Shown in pieces: positions 51,036 through 61,180 of a stretch of DNA of 64,000 bases. The position numbers and the translations under genes were made by a program. The DNA comes from Phycisphaeraceae bacterium (lineage in GTDB: Bacteria; Planctomycetota; Phycisphaerae; Phycisphaerales; Phycisphaeraceae). The notes beneath the pieces were generated by a model. The model did not search any database, was not told where the DNA came from, and saw nothing but the letters and a program-made list of their open reading frames with translations. The stretch lies in assembly GCA_963674705.1 (NCBI GenBank), contig OY771506.1:2944001-3008000 (forward strand), given 5' to 3'. Numbering within the stretch: position 1 is the first letter of the stretch; every line of letters begins with the position of its first letter.

Positions 51036-51593
51036 ATGAAGGGGATCACACATCAAATCATGAAACGCCACACAAAACTTTGGGGAGCATTGGTCGCGAT
51101 CGTTGTCGGCCTGGTCGTTGGCCAGCCGCCACTTTCGGCAGGGACTTTGGATGTCGATGTTTATTCACCGACCTTGCCCGCTACCGAGACAGACATCATC
51201 ACGCTCTGGGCGTTGACAAGCGATGAGGTTTTGCCGTCGACATCCTACCAGACCGTTACGATGGATCTCGTCGTAAATGGCTTTGATATTCAATGGGATA
51301 TCATCAGCAACGACACCGGGCTGGGAGGTGCTGCTGTTATGACTCGCGCTGGCATATTAGAAGATATTGGAACCTTGCCTGCCGGCACATACAACGTGAC
51401 CGCGACATGGGCCATGTACGACTTTGTATATTACGGACAACCTTCTCAAACAGAACTTGATTTCTGGCTGCTTACTCATGCGCCACAGGTCGGGCCACGC
51501 ACCGGGACATTCCAGTTCACCGTCGTGCCCGAACCCGCCACTTTCGCATTATTCGCCGCGGGCCTGGGTTTATGCGGCATCCGTCGACGCTGA
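51036..51593 (+). CDS. PEP-CTERM surface protein
   Basis: Signal peptide; C-terminus VPEPATFALFAAGLGLCGIRRR. Confidence 0.87.
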   Translation: MKGITHQIMKRHTKLWGALVAIVVGLVVGQPPLSAGTLDVDVYSPTLPATETDIITLWALTSDEVLPSTSYQTVTMDLVVNGFDIQWDIISNDTGLGGAAVMTRAGILEDIGTLPAGTYNVTATWAMYDFVYYGQPSQTELDFWLLTHAPQVGPRTGTFQFTVVPEPATFALFAAGLGLCGIRRR

Positions 51594-51612
51594 TAACTCA
51601 CCATGATCAAAC

Positions 51613-51648
51613 AAAAAAACCGGCACACCTATGCGTGCCGGTTTTTTT
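51613..51648. terminator. Bidirectional intrinsic terminator
   Basis: A7-CCGGCAC...GTGCCGG-T7 between convergent genes. Confidence 0.9.
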
Positions 51649-51671
51649 ATTTGTTTTTTGGATCAATCTTC

Positions 51672-52295
<624 letters not shown>

Positions 52296-52723
52296 TGTTT
52301 TATCTCCAATCAGGATCAAATGGTTAGCTGAACTCATTAAAGAGAACGTTAACTCTTATGCATCAAAGAGTTGTGTTGGTTTTGGGAGTGTAGGCAGGGG
52401 GATAGGGCTGGTCAATCTCACCCGGATCCGCCCGGCATGGGTGTGCATAAAGCACGTAAATATCTTTCATTAATTCATTTACGTTTAATGTCTGAGGAGA
52501 ATTGTAGGCATTTATTGTCAGTAAAGCCATCAATCCGCACAAAAAAAGTACGGAATTTGTTGGAAATGTTCTAAATACTTGAACCAAAATCGGACCTTCG
52601 TGCGTATATATGGGTAAGAACCACGACCACCGCTGTATACCAAACCAATCAGCGGCAGCATCAGGGCCCATCACAGGAAGACGGAGCCCGGTCGATCCAG
52701 GGGTTTGAAAAGTGAGGCGCACC

Positions 52724-53728
52724 ATGATGGAACTGACGCGTCCGGATTCACCATTAGCGCGAGCCAATGGCCGGCAGCGGGTCAAACTGACCCCCTCCAC
52801 AAGAGCACTCAGTAAGGAAGACCAGGCACGGGTCCACCGTGTACTCCATGAGAAGTACGAGTACGTGGACAACGAGTTGTTTCAACTGCCCGACGATGAA
52901 GCGATCGAGCAGATCATGATCCAGCCCGAGGCTATCCCGCGCCCGGATACAAGCTGGTATCAGCCGGTGATGAGTAGCTCAATCAGCACGGATTACAACC
53001 GAAACGTCGGCTCCGTCCTTCTGACTGCCGCCCAAGAACGTGTAATCTTCCTGCAGTACAATTACTGCCGGTTCCGCGTCTGCCTTCTGCGTGACGACCT
53101 GCTCTCCGAGCCCACGATCAACCCCGATCAGGCCCGCGAGATGCTCGCTTGGGACACCAAAGCCGGCGAACTGCGCGATCAGATCGCACAGATCAACCTC
53201 GCGCTCGTACTGGCCATGGCTAAGCGCACCCGCATGAGCGAGATGGACTTCGGCGACATGGTCAGCGAAGGGAATATGGCCCTGCTCCGCGCCATCGACA
53301 AGTTCGATGCCGGCCGAGGTTTCAAGTTCTCGACCTACGCCTGCCGCGCCATCCTCAAAGCTTTCAGCCGCGCCGGCGTGAAACTCAGCAAGTATCGGGG
53401 CCTGTTCCCGACGGACTTCGACACGGACATGGAACGCTCGGACTACTACGAAACCAAGCGTTCCGAACACGAATTGGACTGCGCCGACGAAGTTAAGATC
53501 ATTGTTACAAACAACATCGCCGACCTGACCGACATCGAGCGCGAGGTGATCGAGCACCGGTTCAATATCAGCAAGCCGCGCCCGGAAGGCACGCAGCCCG
53601 AACACAAACCGCTGACGCTCGAACAGGTCGGCAAAGTGATCGGCGTCACCAAGGAACGCGTCCGCCAGATCCAGAACAAGGCTCTGGAAAAGATCCGCTT
53701 AACTTTGGAAGAAGGTTATCTGGCGTAG
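52724..53728 (+). CDS. Sigma-70 family RNA polymerase sigma factor
   Basis: DMVSEGNMALLRAIDKFD..RGFKFSTYA; region 4 TLEQVGKVIGVTKERVRQIQNKALEKIR. Confidence 0.93.
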   Translation: MMELTRPDSPLARANGRQRVKLTPSTRALSKEDQARVHRVLHEKYEYVDNELFQLPDDEAIEQIMIQPEAIPRPDTSWYQPVMSSSISTDYNRNVGSVLLTAAQERVIFLQYNYCRFRVCLLRDDLLSEPTINPDQAREMLAWDTKAGELRDQIAQINLALVLAMAKRTRMSEMDFGDMVSEGNMALLRAIDKFDAGRGFKFSTYACRAILKAFSRAGVKLSKYRGLFPTDFDTDMERSDYYETKRSEHELDCADEVKIIVTNNIADLTDIEREVIEHRFNISKPRPEGTQPEHKPLTLEQVGKVIGVTKERVRQIQNKALEKIRLTLEEGYLA

Positions 53729-53752
53729 GAAGCTGGTAGACGTTAGCACACA

Positions 53753-53904
53753 GCCCGCATTGGGTCGCAATGCGGCTAGTAAAGAAGCTGTTAACCATTA
53801 GTTCAAAGAAGAAAACCCTCGACTCAACGCCGAGGGTTTTTTCATACACCTGTTGTGTTCTGTCTACCCACTCTTTATCAGCCGCATTGCGACGCAATGC
53901 GGGC
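53753..53904. repeat. Inverted REP-like pair around a terminator hairpin; 53812-53904 is repeated at 55556-55647
   Basis: GCCCGCATTG...CAATGCGGCTAGTAAAGA and its inverted copy; AAAACCCTCG...CGAGGGTTTT between them. Confidence 0.8.
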
Positions 53905-54124
53905 GTTTTCAGTAAAACAGCTTGTCGATCAAGGTCCGAAGCATATTAAATCCCAAGGCATCTTTTTATTGCCTGATTTACTGACAATATTCAACATGAA
54001 ATATTCTTCTTCATCTTGACCTCATGTTCAGTTTGTAACGTACAAGCGATAATTACGTTTAGTCTTCACCTACTTCATACGACGCGCAGCAGACGAAAGC
54101 TGCATAACCGGAGATCACTCCGTA

Positions 54125-55543
54125 ATGACATGCTTCTCAAGGTTGTCGCGGCGTTTATTCGCTTGCTGTGTGATCCTCATACTGATTGGCCTGTCGCCCG
54201 GTCGTGGTGTTGCATCAGCGACAGACAACAATCCTACTACCGAACCATCTGCCATCTGGCTGACATGGGCGGGTGATCCTTGCACCACGATGGTGATTGC
54301 CTGGCTGACTGACAATGATACTCACATCGCGGACGATTTGGCCTACCACGCTTCAGACGCTCCGAATACGTCCTGGACCGTCATGAACGCAACGACGCAC
54401 CCGATGCCCGGCAATGCGTACATCATTCATACCGCCAGACTTTCCAACCTGACGCCCGATACAGACTATACATTCAGACTCAAAGAAGCCGGAAAATTCC
54501 ATCGGTTCCGCACCATGCCGATGCATCTGGATCGACCTGTGAAAATGGTGGATGAGGGGGACCTTGAAAACGATATGCATTTGCTCCTCCCGTTATGCGA
54601 GCAGGTAGGGCGGGCAGACCCGGACTTCATCGTCCTGGGCGGCGACATCGCGTATGCCAGCGGTCATCCGGAAAACGCTAAGCGCTGGGTCGATCTGCTC
54701 ACGCTCTTTACTCAGAAGTTCGTCAGTCCGGATGGTCGCCTGATCCCGATCGTCCCTGTCATTGGGAACCACGAAGTGGCGAACGGCGGATACGATCGGA
54801 CCAATGACGATGCGCCTTTCTTCTACAGCCTCTTCGCTTATCCAGGCGATCGTGGTTACGGCGTCCTGGACTTCGGGGATTACTTATCACTCATAACACT
54901 CGACTCCGGGCATACGCATCCGGTTGAAGGCGAACAGTCGGCCTGGCTCGAACGGACATTGGCAAGCCGGCAAGACATACCCAACCTGGCGGTGTCTTAT
55001 CACGTTCCCGCCTGGCCCTCCGCGAGGCCGTTCAACCTCTCGATCAGCGAACAGATCCGAAGTTCTTGGGTTCCACTGTTCGAATCTTTCCATGTCGATG
55101 CCTGCTACGAGCATCACGACCACGCATACAAACGAACGTACCCCATCCGCAACGGCAAGGCCGACCCGCATGGTGTGCTCTACTTCGGCGACGGTGGCTG
55201 CTCCGAGCCAAAGGGCCGTATCCCCAAACCACCCGGTTCAATGCTGACCGGCGGTCGATGGTACCTCGCCGAATCAGGTAGCGTGAATCACTTCCACTTA
55301 CTCACCATCGTTGGCAACACCCGGCTGCACCAGGCGATCGACATGAACGGCCAGTTGTTTGACCAGATCATGGTCACCGACGGTGCACCCATCATGATGT
55401 TGAACGTCCCCTATGCCGTGACATGGTGGCAACTGACAACATTGCTGCTGGCCGTGCTCTTGATCGCAATCGTTACCCCCAAGCTGATCAAACGCATCCG
55501 ACATGCAGTCCTAAGAAAGCCACCTGCCCCGGTCAGCGCATAA
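54125..55543 (+). CDS. Purple acid phosphatase-like metallophosphoesterase (FN3-like N-domain, C-terminal TM)
   Basis: GD, GGDIAY, GNHE, YHVP, EHHDHAYKRT motifs; signal peptide. Confidence 0.88.
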   Translation: MTCFSRLSRRLFACCVILILIGLSPGRGVASATDNNPTTEPSAIWLTWAGDPCTTMVIAWLTDNDTHIADDLAYHASDAPNTSWTVMNATTHPMPGNAYIIHTARLSNLTPDTDYTFRLKEAGKFHRFRTMPMHLDRPVKMVDEGDLENDMHLLLPLCEQVGRADPDFIVLGGDIAYASGHPENAKRWVDLLTLFTQKFVSPDGRLIPIVPVIGNHEVANGGYDRTNDDAPFFYSLFAYPGDRGYGVLDFGDYLSLITLDSGHTHPVEGEQSAWLERTLASRQDIPNLAVSYHVPAWPSARPFNLSISEQIRSSWVPLFESFHVDACYEHHDHAYKRTYPIRNGKADPHGVLYFGDGGCSEPKGRIPKPPGSMLTGGRWYLAESGSVNHFHLLTIVGNTRLHQAIDMNGQLFDQIMVTDGAPIMMLNVPYAVTWWQLTTLLLAVLLIAIVTPKLIKRIRHAVLRKPPAPVSA

Positions 55544-55555
55544 CGTATATATATA

Positions 55556-55647
55556 AAAACCCTCGGCTCCACACCGAGGGTTTTTTATGCGTATTTTGTA
55601 TTCTTTTCGTCTTCTCTTTACTAGCCGCATTGCAACGCAATGCGGGC
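55556..55647. repeat. Second copy of the terminator + REP-like unit
   Basis: AAAACCCTCGG...CCGAGGGTTTTTT...CTCTTTACTAGCCGCATTGCAACGCAATGCGGGC. Confidence 0.8.
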
Positions 55648-55672
55648 AGCACACCCTATGCCGTCAGCTTCA

Positions 55673-56644
55673 CTACAACCGACTGAATCGCGACAGCAAG
55701 TCCGTGATCTTCGGCTGCTGCGGATTAAGCCGAATACTCTTGCGCCACGCGTTCAGCGCTTCATCGCGGATATCCGTATTCGTTCGTCCGCCCTGGATGT
55801 ATTGTGTCATCTGACAGGCCCCCAGGCCGTTCAGCGTTGCGGTGTCTTCCGGATCGAGTGCGATCGCCTGGCGGTACTGGAATAGCGCTTCCTCAAACTG
55901 CCGCATCTTGAACTTCACGTAACCCAGCCGTTCGTACGCCGTCACCGACGGGCTGCGGCGGATCAGTGCTTCCAGCACGTTCATCGCCTGCTGAAGGTTC
56001 CCAAGGTGGATGTGGGCATCCGCCAAACCCAGCAGCACCGGGTCGGCCAGGTCGCCAAGCTCCGCCGCCTGACGGTACGTGTCTACTGCTTCCTCATACC
56101 GACCGAGCAGGTTGTATGTCGCTGCAAGGTTGCACCACGCCGCCTGGCTTTCCGGATCGAGCTTTGTCGCGATCTGCACGAACGTCAGCGCCTCGCCGGG
56201 CCGGCCCATCTGAAGGTACGTCGAGCCCAGCTCGCGGTTGACCTTGAAGTCATCCGGGTTCAAACGCCACGCCGTCTTGTACGCCTGTAACGCCTCGCGG
56301 AGTCGACCCAGCAACTGCTTCATCAGGCCAAGGCTGTAATGGGCCTCGAACTTGTTCGGCTCGACGATCGTCGCCCGCTCGTAAGCTCGGCTGGCAAGCT
56401 CGTAGTCCCCGCGCTGCTGGTAGATGCTACCCATCCCCATGTGGGCGTCAGCGATGTTCGGGTTCACTTCCAGCGCCAGGCCGAACTCCGCCAGCGCCGA
56501 GTCCAGCAGGCCCATCTGCTCGTAGGAGGCTGCGCTATCCATGTGGGCCGTGGCGCGTTCGTTCGTGGAACGCGTACGGTCAACCGCACAGCCGATGATC
56601 ATGACGGCCACAGCCGCCCCAGCAATCAGGTGTGTTAATCGCAT
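55673..56644 (-). CDS. Tetratricopeptide-repeat lipoprotein
   Basis: Lipobox IIGC; multiple TPR repeats. Confidence 0.87.
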   Translation of the reverse strand: MRLTHLIAGAAVAVMIIGCAVDRTRSTNERATAHMDSAASYEQMGLLDSALAEFGLALEVNPNIADAHMGMGSIYQQRGDYELASRAYERATIVEPNKFEAHYSLGLMKQLLGRLREALQAYKTAWRLNPDDFKVNRELGSTYLQMGRPGEALTFVQIATKLDPESQAAWCNLAATYNLLGRYEEAVDTYRQAAELGDLADPVLLGLADAHIHLGNLQQAMNVLEALIRRSPSVTAYERLGYVKFKMRQFEEALFQYRQAIALDPEDTATLNGLGACQMTQYIQGGRTNTDIRDEALNAWRKSIRLNPQQPKITDLLSRFSRL

Positions 56645-56773
56645 GATGAAATATGATATCGGCTCTACACGCTCCGTGTTGAGAATTACAGGCATCTATA
56701 GGACGCGAACCTGCCTTCGCCATACAATCACCGGTTTATCCCGGATAATCCCCACCCATTTTTGGAACTTCCC

Positions 56774-58498
56774 ATGCGCGTCGCCCTGGCTCAGATCAAC
56801 CCAACCGTCGGTGATATCGAGGGCAACAGCCGGCTGGCTGTGGATGCGATCCGCCGCAGCCGCGAGCAGGGGGTCGAGCTGGTCATCTTTCCCGAGCTGT
56901 CGATCATCGGGTATCCGCCGAAGGACCTGCTTCTAAAGCCAGTTGTCATAGGGGCTTGCCGGAAAGCGTTGGAAGCGATCGCTGCCGAATGTAAAGGCAT
57001 CGCCGCTGTGGTTGGCCATCCGTGCCCGTCCGATAATCCGCGTGGCCGCCTGCTTTACAACGCCGCCACGCTCTGCTTCGACGGCAAGCCGCAACACCGC
57101 CGGGTCAAAAGCCTGCTGCCGACCTACGACGTCTTCGACGAGCACCGATACTTCGAGCCGGGTCCGGATGTGCAGATCACCGCGTTCAATAACCTCAAAC
57201 TCGGTATCAGCATCTGTGAAGACCTCTGGAACGACCGCCACGTCGTCTCCCGGCAGCTCTACCACGACAACCCGATCAACGAACTGGCTAAACGTGGGGC
57301 GGACCTGTTCATCAACTGCTCCGCCTCGCCGTTCACCATCGGCAAGCAGGCGTTCCGCATGGACCTGATCCGTAGCGCCGCCAAACGCCACAAACTCCCC
57401 GTCCTCTACTGCAACCAGGTCGGCGGCAACGATGAACTGGTATTCGATGGTGGTTCCTGCGTCGTCGACGCTAAAGGCGAAGTCATCGGTCAGGCTAAGG
57501 ATTTTGAAGAAGACTTATTGATCGTTGATGTGGCGGTAGGGCAGGGGGGCGGTAGCGGCAAAGCGCCCGCTCAACCGGCTCGCATGGAGTCGCTGCAAAC
57601 CGGGATCGCTTCAGCCTACCACGCGCTCGTGCTTGGTCTGCGTGACTACTGCCGAAAGTGTGGCTTCAAGTCCGTCGTGCTCGGGCTCAGCGGCGGGATC
57701 GACTCGGCCGTGTCCTGCGCCTTGGCTGTCGCAGCGCTAGGCAAGCAAAACGTGCGCGGCGTCACGATGCCCAGCCGATATTCCTCGTCCGGCTCCGAAT
57801 CCGATGCCGAAAAACTCGCCAATAACTTGCAGATCCAGTTCGACACGATCGCGATCGAACCCGCACACAACGCCTTCGAACAGATGCTCTCACAGGCCTT
57901 TGAAGGCACGGACCCCGGCGTCGCCGAGGAAAACATCCAGGCGCGCTCGCGCGGCGTCCTGCTCATGGCGATCAGCAATAAGTTCGGCTCCATGCTCGTC
58001 ACGACCGGCAACAAGAGCGAACTCGCCGTCGGCTACTGCACGCTCTACGGCGACATGGCCGGCGGCCTCGCCGTCCTCTCCGACGTGCCCAAAACCATGG
58101 TCTACGAACTCGCCAGGTGGATCAACGACGATCCCGAATCTCCCCTGCGCAAGCTCTACAACAAACCCGTCATCCCGATCGACTCCATCACCAAACCCCC
58201 CAGCGCCGAGCTGCGCGAAAACCAGACCGACCAGGATTCCCTGCCCGATTACGAAGTACTCGACGATATCATCGAACGCTTCGTTGAGGATGAACAATCC
58301 GCCCAAGAGATCATCGACCAGACCGGCTACGACCGCGACCTCGTCTTGAAAATGGTCCGCTTGATCGACCTGAACGAATACAAACGCAAACAAGCCGCCC
58401 CCGGTCTGAAAATCACCGGCCGCGCCTTTGGCTTCGGCCGTAGAATGCCCATCGCACAACGCTACCGCTGGGATAACGATGTGGATGGCGGGAAGTGA
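56774..58498 (+). CDS. nadE: Glutamine-dependent NAD+ synthetase
   Basis: Nitrilase domain (FPEL, ICEDLW) plus LGLSGGIDS, ENIQAR, TTGNKSE, PPSAEL, EYKRKQ. Confidence 0.96.
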   Translation: MRVALAQINPTVGDIEGNSRLAVDAIRRSREQGVELVIFPELSIIGYPPKDLLLKPVVIGACRKALEAIAAECKGIAAVVGHPCPSDNPRGRLLYNAATLCFDGKPQHRRVKSLLPTYDVFDEHRYFEPGPDVQITAFNNLKLGISICEDLWNDRHVVSRQLYHDNPINELAKRGADLFINCSASPFTIGKQAFRMDLIRSAAKRHKLPVLYCNQVGGNDELVFDGGSCVVDAKGEVIGQAKDFEEDLLIVDVAVGQGGGSGKAPAQPARMESLQTGIASAYHALVLGLRDYCRKCGFKSVVLGLSGGIDSAVSCALAVAALGKQNVRGVTMPSRYSSSGSESDAEKLANNLQIQFDTIAIEPAHNAFEQMLSQAFEGTDPGVAEENIQARSRGVLLMAISNKFGSMLVTTGNKSELAVGYCTLYGDMAGGLAVLSDVPKTMVYELARWINDDPESPLRKLYNKPVIPIDSITKPPSAELRENQTDQDSLPDYEVLDDIIERFVEDEQSAQEIIDQTGYDRDLVLKMVRLIDLNEYKRKQAAPGLKITGRAFGFGRRMPIAQRYRWDNDVDGGK

Positions 58499-59030
58499 TT
58501 GGGTAGGGTGTGGGGATTGTATTTATGATTTAGGATTGATGATTTAGGATTTGTGCAAATGACGTTCCTGATTTTCTGATTTTCAGTTTTCTAAATTTCC
58601 CGCTTTTCCCCACCCAACGCCGGTCCTGAGCGTAGCGAAGGGGCGGGTATCTTCATGTTTAATGTTCGATGTTGAATGTTCAATCTGAAAACTGCACACA
58701 CAGACTGTTCAGTTTCAGTTTTCACGTTCAAGTGTGATGCAATTCTACCCCCTCTCCCCGCGGGAGAGGGCCGGGGTGAGGGCCTGGTTCCCTGTGTGAT
58801 CTGTGTTGTATTGTTTACACAATCAACCCGGCCCTCATCCTTGCCTTCTCCCAAGAGCAGAAGGGATGAACGTAATCAGAATCTGTAATGTTTGGGGAAT
58901 CAGTCGATGTTTCGTCGATACAACCCGGCACTTCGCTGCGCTCAGAACCGGCGTTGGAAAATATTAGCGATTAACGATTAGAAATTAGCGATTATCATCG
59001 CTACACCCCACACCCTATCCAATCACATCC
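58491..59030. repeat. Nested inverted-repeat composite (three concentric IR pairs plus tandem tracts)
   Basis: Outer 25-bp IR 58491-58515/59006-59030 (23/25); cores 58614-58648/58923-58957; inner CCCTCTCCC-type pair 58748-58782/58832-58865. Confidence 0.85.
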
Positions 59031-60448
59031 GCCAGCGACTGCCCCTGTGCTTCGCGCATCTGGGCGGTGTGCAGTTGTGCGACGACGCTCGTGCCTGTCA
59101 GTGTTGCGCGGTTACGTTCGCGCATAGCGGCTTTTTCGGATAGGTCTAACAGTTCATCGATGCCGATGCTTTCAGGCGGTCTGGCGAGTGTGTAGGCGGG
59201 TACGCCCGGTTCGCCGTGCTCGACATGGTGGATGATTTTAGCCTGGGTCAGCATGTCGATGATGTTGGCGATCGCGCGGTTGGGCAAACCCGAGGCGGTT
59301 TGCAGCTCATTCATACGGATCGGTTCGCCCTTCTGGAAGCTGCGCCCGATCATCGCCGCAAGCGGGATCATCCAGCGCGGGTCGAACAGCACATCCCGGT
59401 CTTCGGAGTTGCGCAGGCTCTTGAAACGCCTGCCTTTCATGGATTGGATCGTGTAGGTGACTTCGACACCGAACAGGACGATCAACCATGTGAAGTACAA
59501 CCACAACAGGAACAACGGCAGCAGCGCCAGAGCGCCATACAACTTGGATGTCCCCAGGCCGCGCACGTAAATCTTGAAGACTTCGATCAACGCGATCCAG
59601 CCCACCGCCGCGACAAACGAGCCGATCGCCGAAGCCTTTGAACTGACTTTGGTGTTAGGCAGGAACCGGTAGAGCAATAGCAGCACCAACCACGTTGTTG
59701 CGAACGGCGTAAGCAGGGCGGTCAACTCACCCAGCCAGCCCACGCTCTGACCCGTTACGGTTGCAGCCTGCTCGATCCACCCGATGATCAAAGTCTGGGC
59801 GTACTGTCCCGCCAACACTAAAAGCGGTGCGAAGGTAATCGCTGTGTAATACAAAGGCAGCCTGACATACAACGGCCTGCCGTAAGGCGCATCGTAAATC
59901 CGGTTGAAGCTGTGTTCGATGGTTGATAACAGTTTTGTGGCGGCAAACAGGAAAAGGATCACACCCACAATACCGATGCTGCCGAAGCTGATATCTTCAA
60001 GTTTTGCGATCAGGTCCTGAATGTTCTGCGTTAATGCCAGGCGAGCGTTTTCAAATTCGGATTGTGCATCACCATCTGCGGGGCTGTATTCGCCAGGTGG
60101 CAACGGCCCCTGCCAATCTTCGGGCAGCTTGACCCTGTCACCTTCATCCGGTTGAATCCATTGAAGCGCAAAGTCGACAGCGTTCTGTTTCAGATCTTCT
60201 CGCTGTACCTCGCCGACAAACATCTTCATGACAACCAGCATCAGCACGATCGTCGGAAGCAGACTGAACAGCGTGTGATACGTCAGCGCCGCCGCCATTT
60301 CTCCCGCCCGGTCGACACGCAACTCACGCGCACAATACTTGCCCAGGTCCAGCATGTACCGCACCGAGCGCTGGGCGCGCGTCAGCTCCTCCATCGGCTG
60401 GGTCAGAAGCCGATGCGTCTTGTCTTGAATGTTATCGAGGAGTTTCAT
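59015..60448 (-). CDS. YihY/BrkB family membrane protein with a C-terminal Rrf2-like HTH
   Basis: AAALTYHTLFSLLP, IEHSFNRI, LYGALALLPLFLLWLY...IVLFGVE, YTLARPPESI. Confidence 0.9.
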   Translation of the reverse strand: MKLLDNIQDKTHRLLTQPMEELTRAQRSVRYMLDLGKYCARELRVDRAGEMAAALTYHTLFSLLPTIVLMLVVMKMFVGEVQREDLKQNAVDFALQWIQPDEGDRVKLPEDWQGPLPPGEYSPADGDAQSEFENARLALTQNIQDLIAKLEDISFGSIGIVGVILFLFAATKLLSTIEHSFNRIYDAPYGRPLYVRLPLYYTAITFAPLLVLAGQYAQTLIIGWIEQAATVTGQSVGWLGELTALLTPFATTWLVLLLLYRFLPNTKVSSKASAIGSFVAAVGWIALIEVFKIYVRGLGTSKLYGALALLPLFLLWLYFTWLIVLFGVEVTYTIQSMKGRRFKSLRNSEDRDVLFDPRWMIPLAAMIGRSFQKGEPIRMNELQTASGLPNRAIANIIDMLTQAKIIHHVEHGEPGVPAYTLARPPESIGIDELLDLSEKAAMRERNRATLTGTSVVAQLHTAQMREAQGQSLADVIG

Positions 60449-60516
60449 GCCCAAATACTCAAGCAGTCACGCAGGATTGTCAATAGACGCAGCCAATTAT
60501 CCAACCGATTTATCGG

Positions 60517-60747
60517 TCAGGCCGGGTCATACCCTGAGCCGCCGAACGGGTTACACCTTGCGATACGCTTGATGCCGCGCCACGTGCCCCTGATCGGCCC
60601 ATACTTGCGGATCGCTTCGATCATGTACTGGCTGCACGTCGGCTGGAACCGGCAGTGCCCGCCCATGAAGTAACCCAGCGTGCCTCGGTAAACATATACC
60701 AGGGCGATCAGCAGACCGCTCAGGATGTGGCTGATCCATCGGATCAT
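60517..60747 (-). CDS. yidD: Membrane protein insertion efficiency factor YidD
   Basis: CRFQPTCSQY...RIARCNPFGGSGYDP. Confidence 0.95.
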   Translation of the reverse strand: MIRWISHILSGLLIALVYVYRGTLGYFMGGHCRFQPTCSQYMIEAIRKYGPIRGTWRGIKRIARCNPFGGSGYDPA

Positions 60748-61160
60748 GATTCGCTTTTATCCTTTTCCGAACGTTCAGCACCCGAACGTTCAGCGCGGCG
60801 CTGCGCCAGCTCGTGTATCTGATCGAGCGCCTGGTATAGCTTAGCCCGGTATTCCGCCACGCTCAGCCTATCATGCGGCCGAACCACGACAACCAGATCG
60901 TAACCGACCGGCCCGTCATGTTGCCCTAACCGAAACGCCTCGCGCAGCCGTCGCTTGATCCCCGCTCGCACCACCGCCGTACCGACGCGCCTTGGCACGC
61001 TCAATCCAAACCGGTTGTAATCCAATCCGTTCGCACGTCCGCACACCGCGATCGGCCCCATCGACTTACGCATCTTCGCATCAAACACCGCTGCAAATGC
61101 GCGGTTGCCATGTAGCTTCTGGCGGTGTCGAAACAGGAATCGTTGTTGGTTTTCGCCCAT
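60744..61160 (-). CDS. rnpA: Ribonuclease P protein component
   Basis: RFGLSVPRRVGTAVVRAGIKRRLREAFR; YDLVVVVR; adjacent to yidD. Confidence 0.9.
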   Translation of the reverse strand: MGENQQRFLFRHRQKLHGNRAFAAVFDAKMRKSMGPIAVCGRANGLDYNRFGLSVPRRVGTAVVRAGIKRRLREAFRLGQHDGPVGYDLVVVVRPHDRLSVAEYRAKLYQALDQIHELAQRRAERSGAERSEKDKSES

Positions 61161-61180
61161 CGAACTGACTCGCCGCGGGG

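Noticed and set aside
52363..52872. 169-aa minus-strand ORF between sodA and the sigma gene
   Set aside because: It overlaps the sigma CDS and an AT-rich divergent promoter region; the sequence does not look protein-like.
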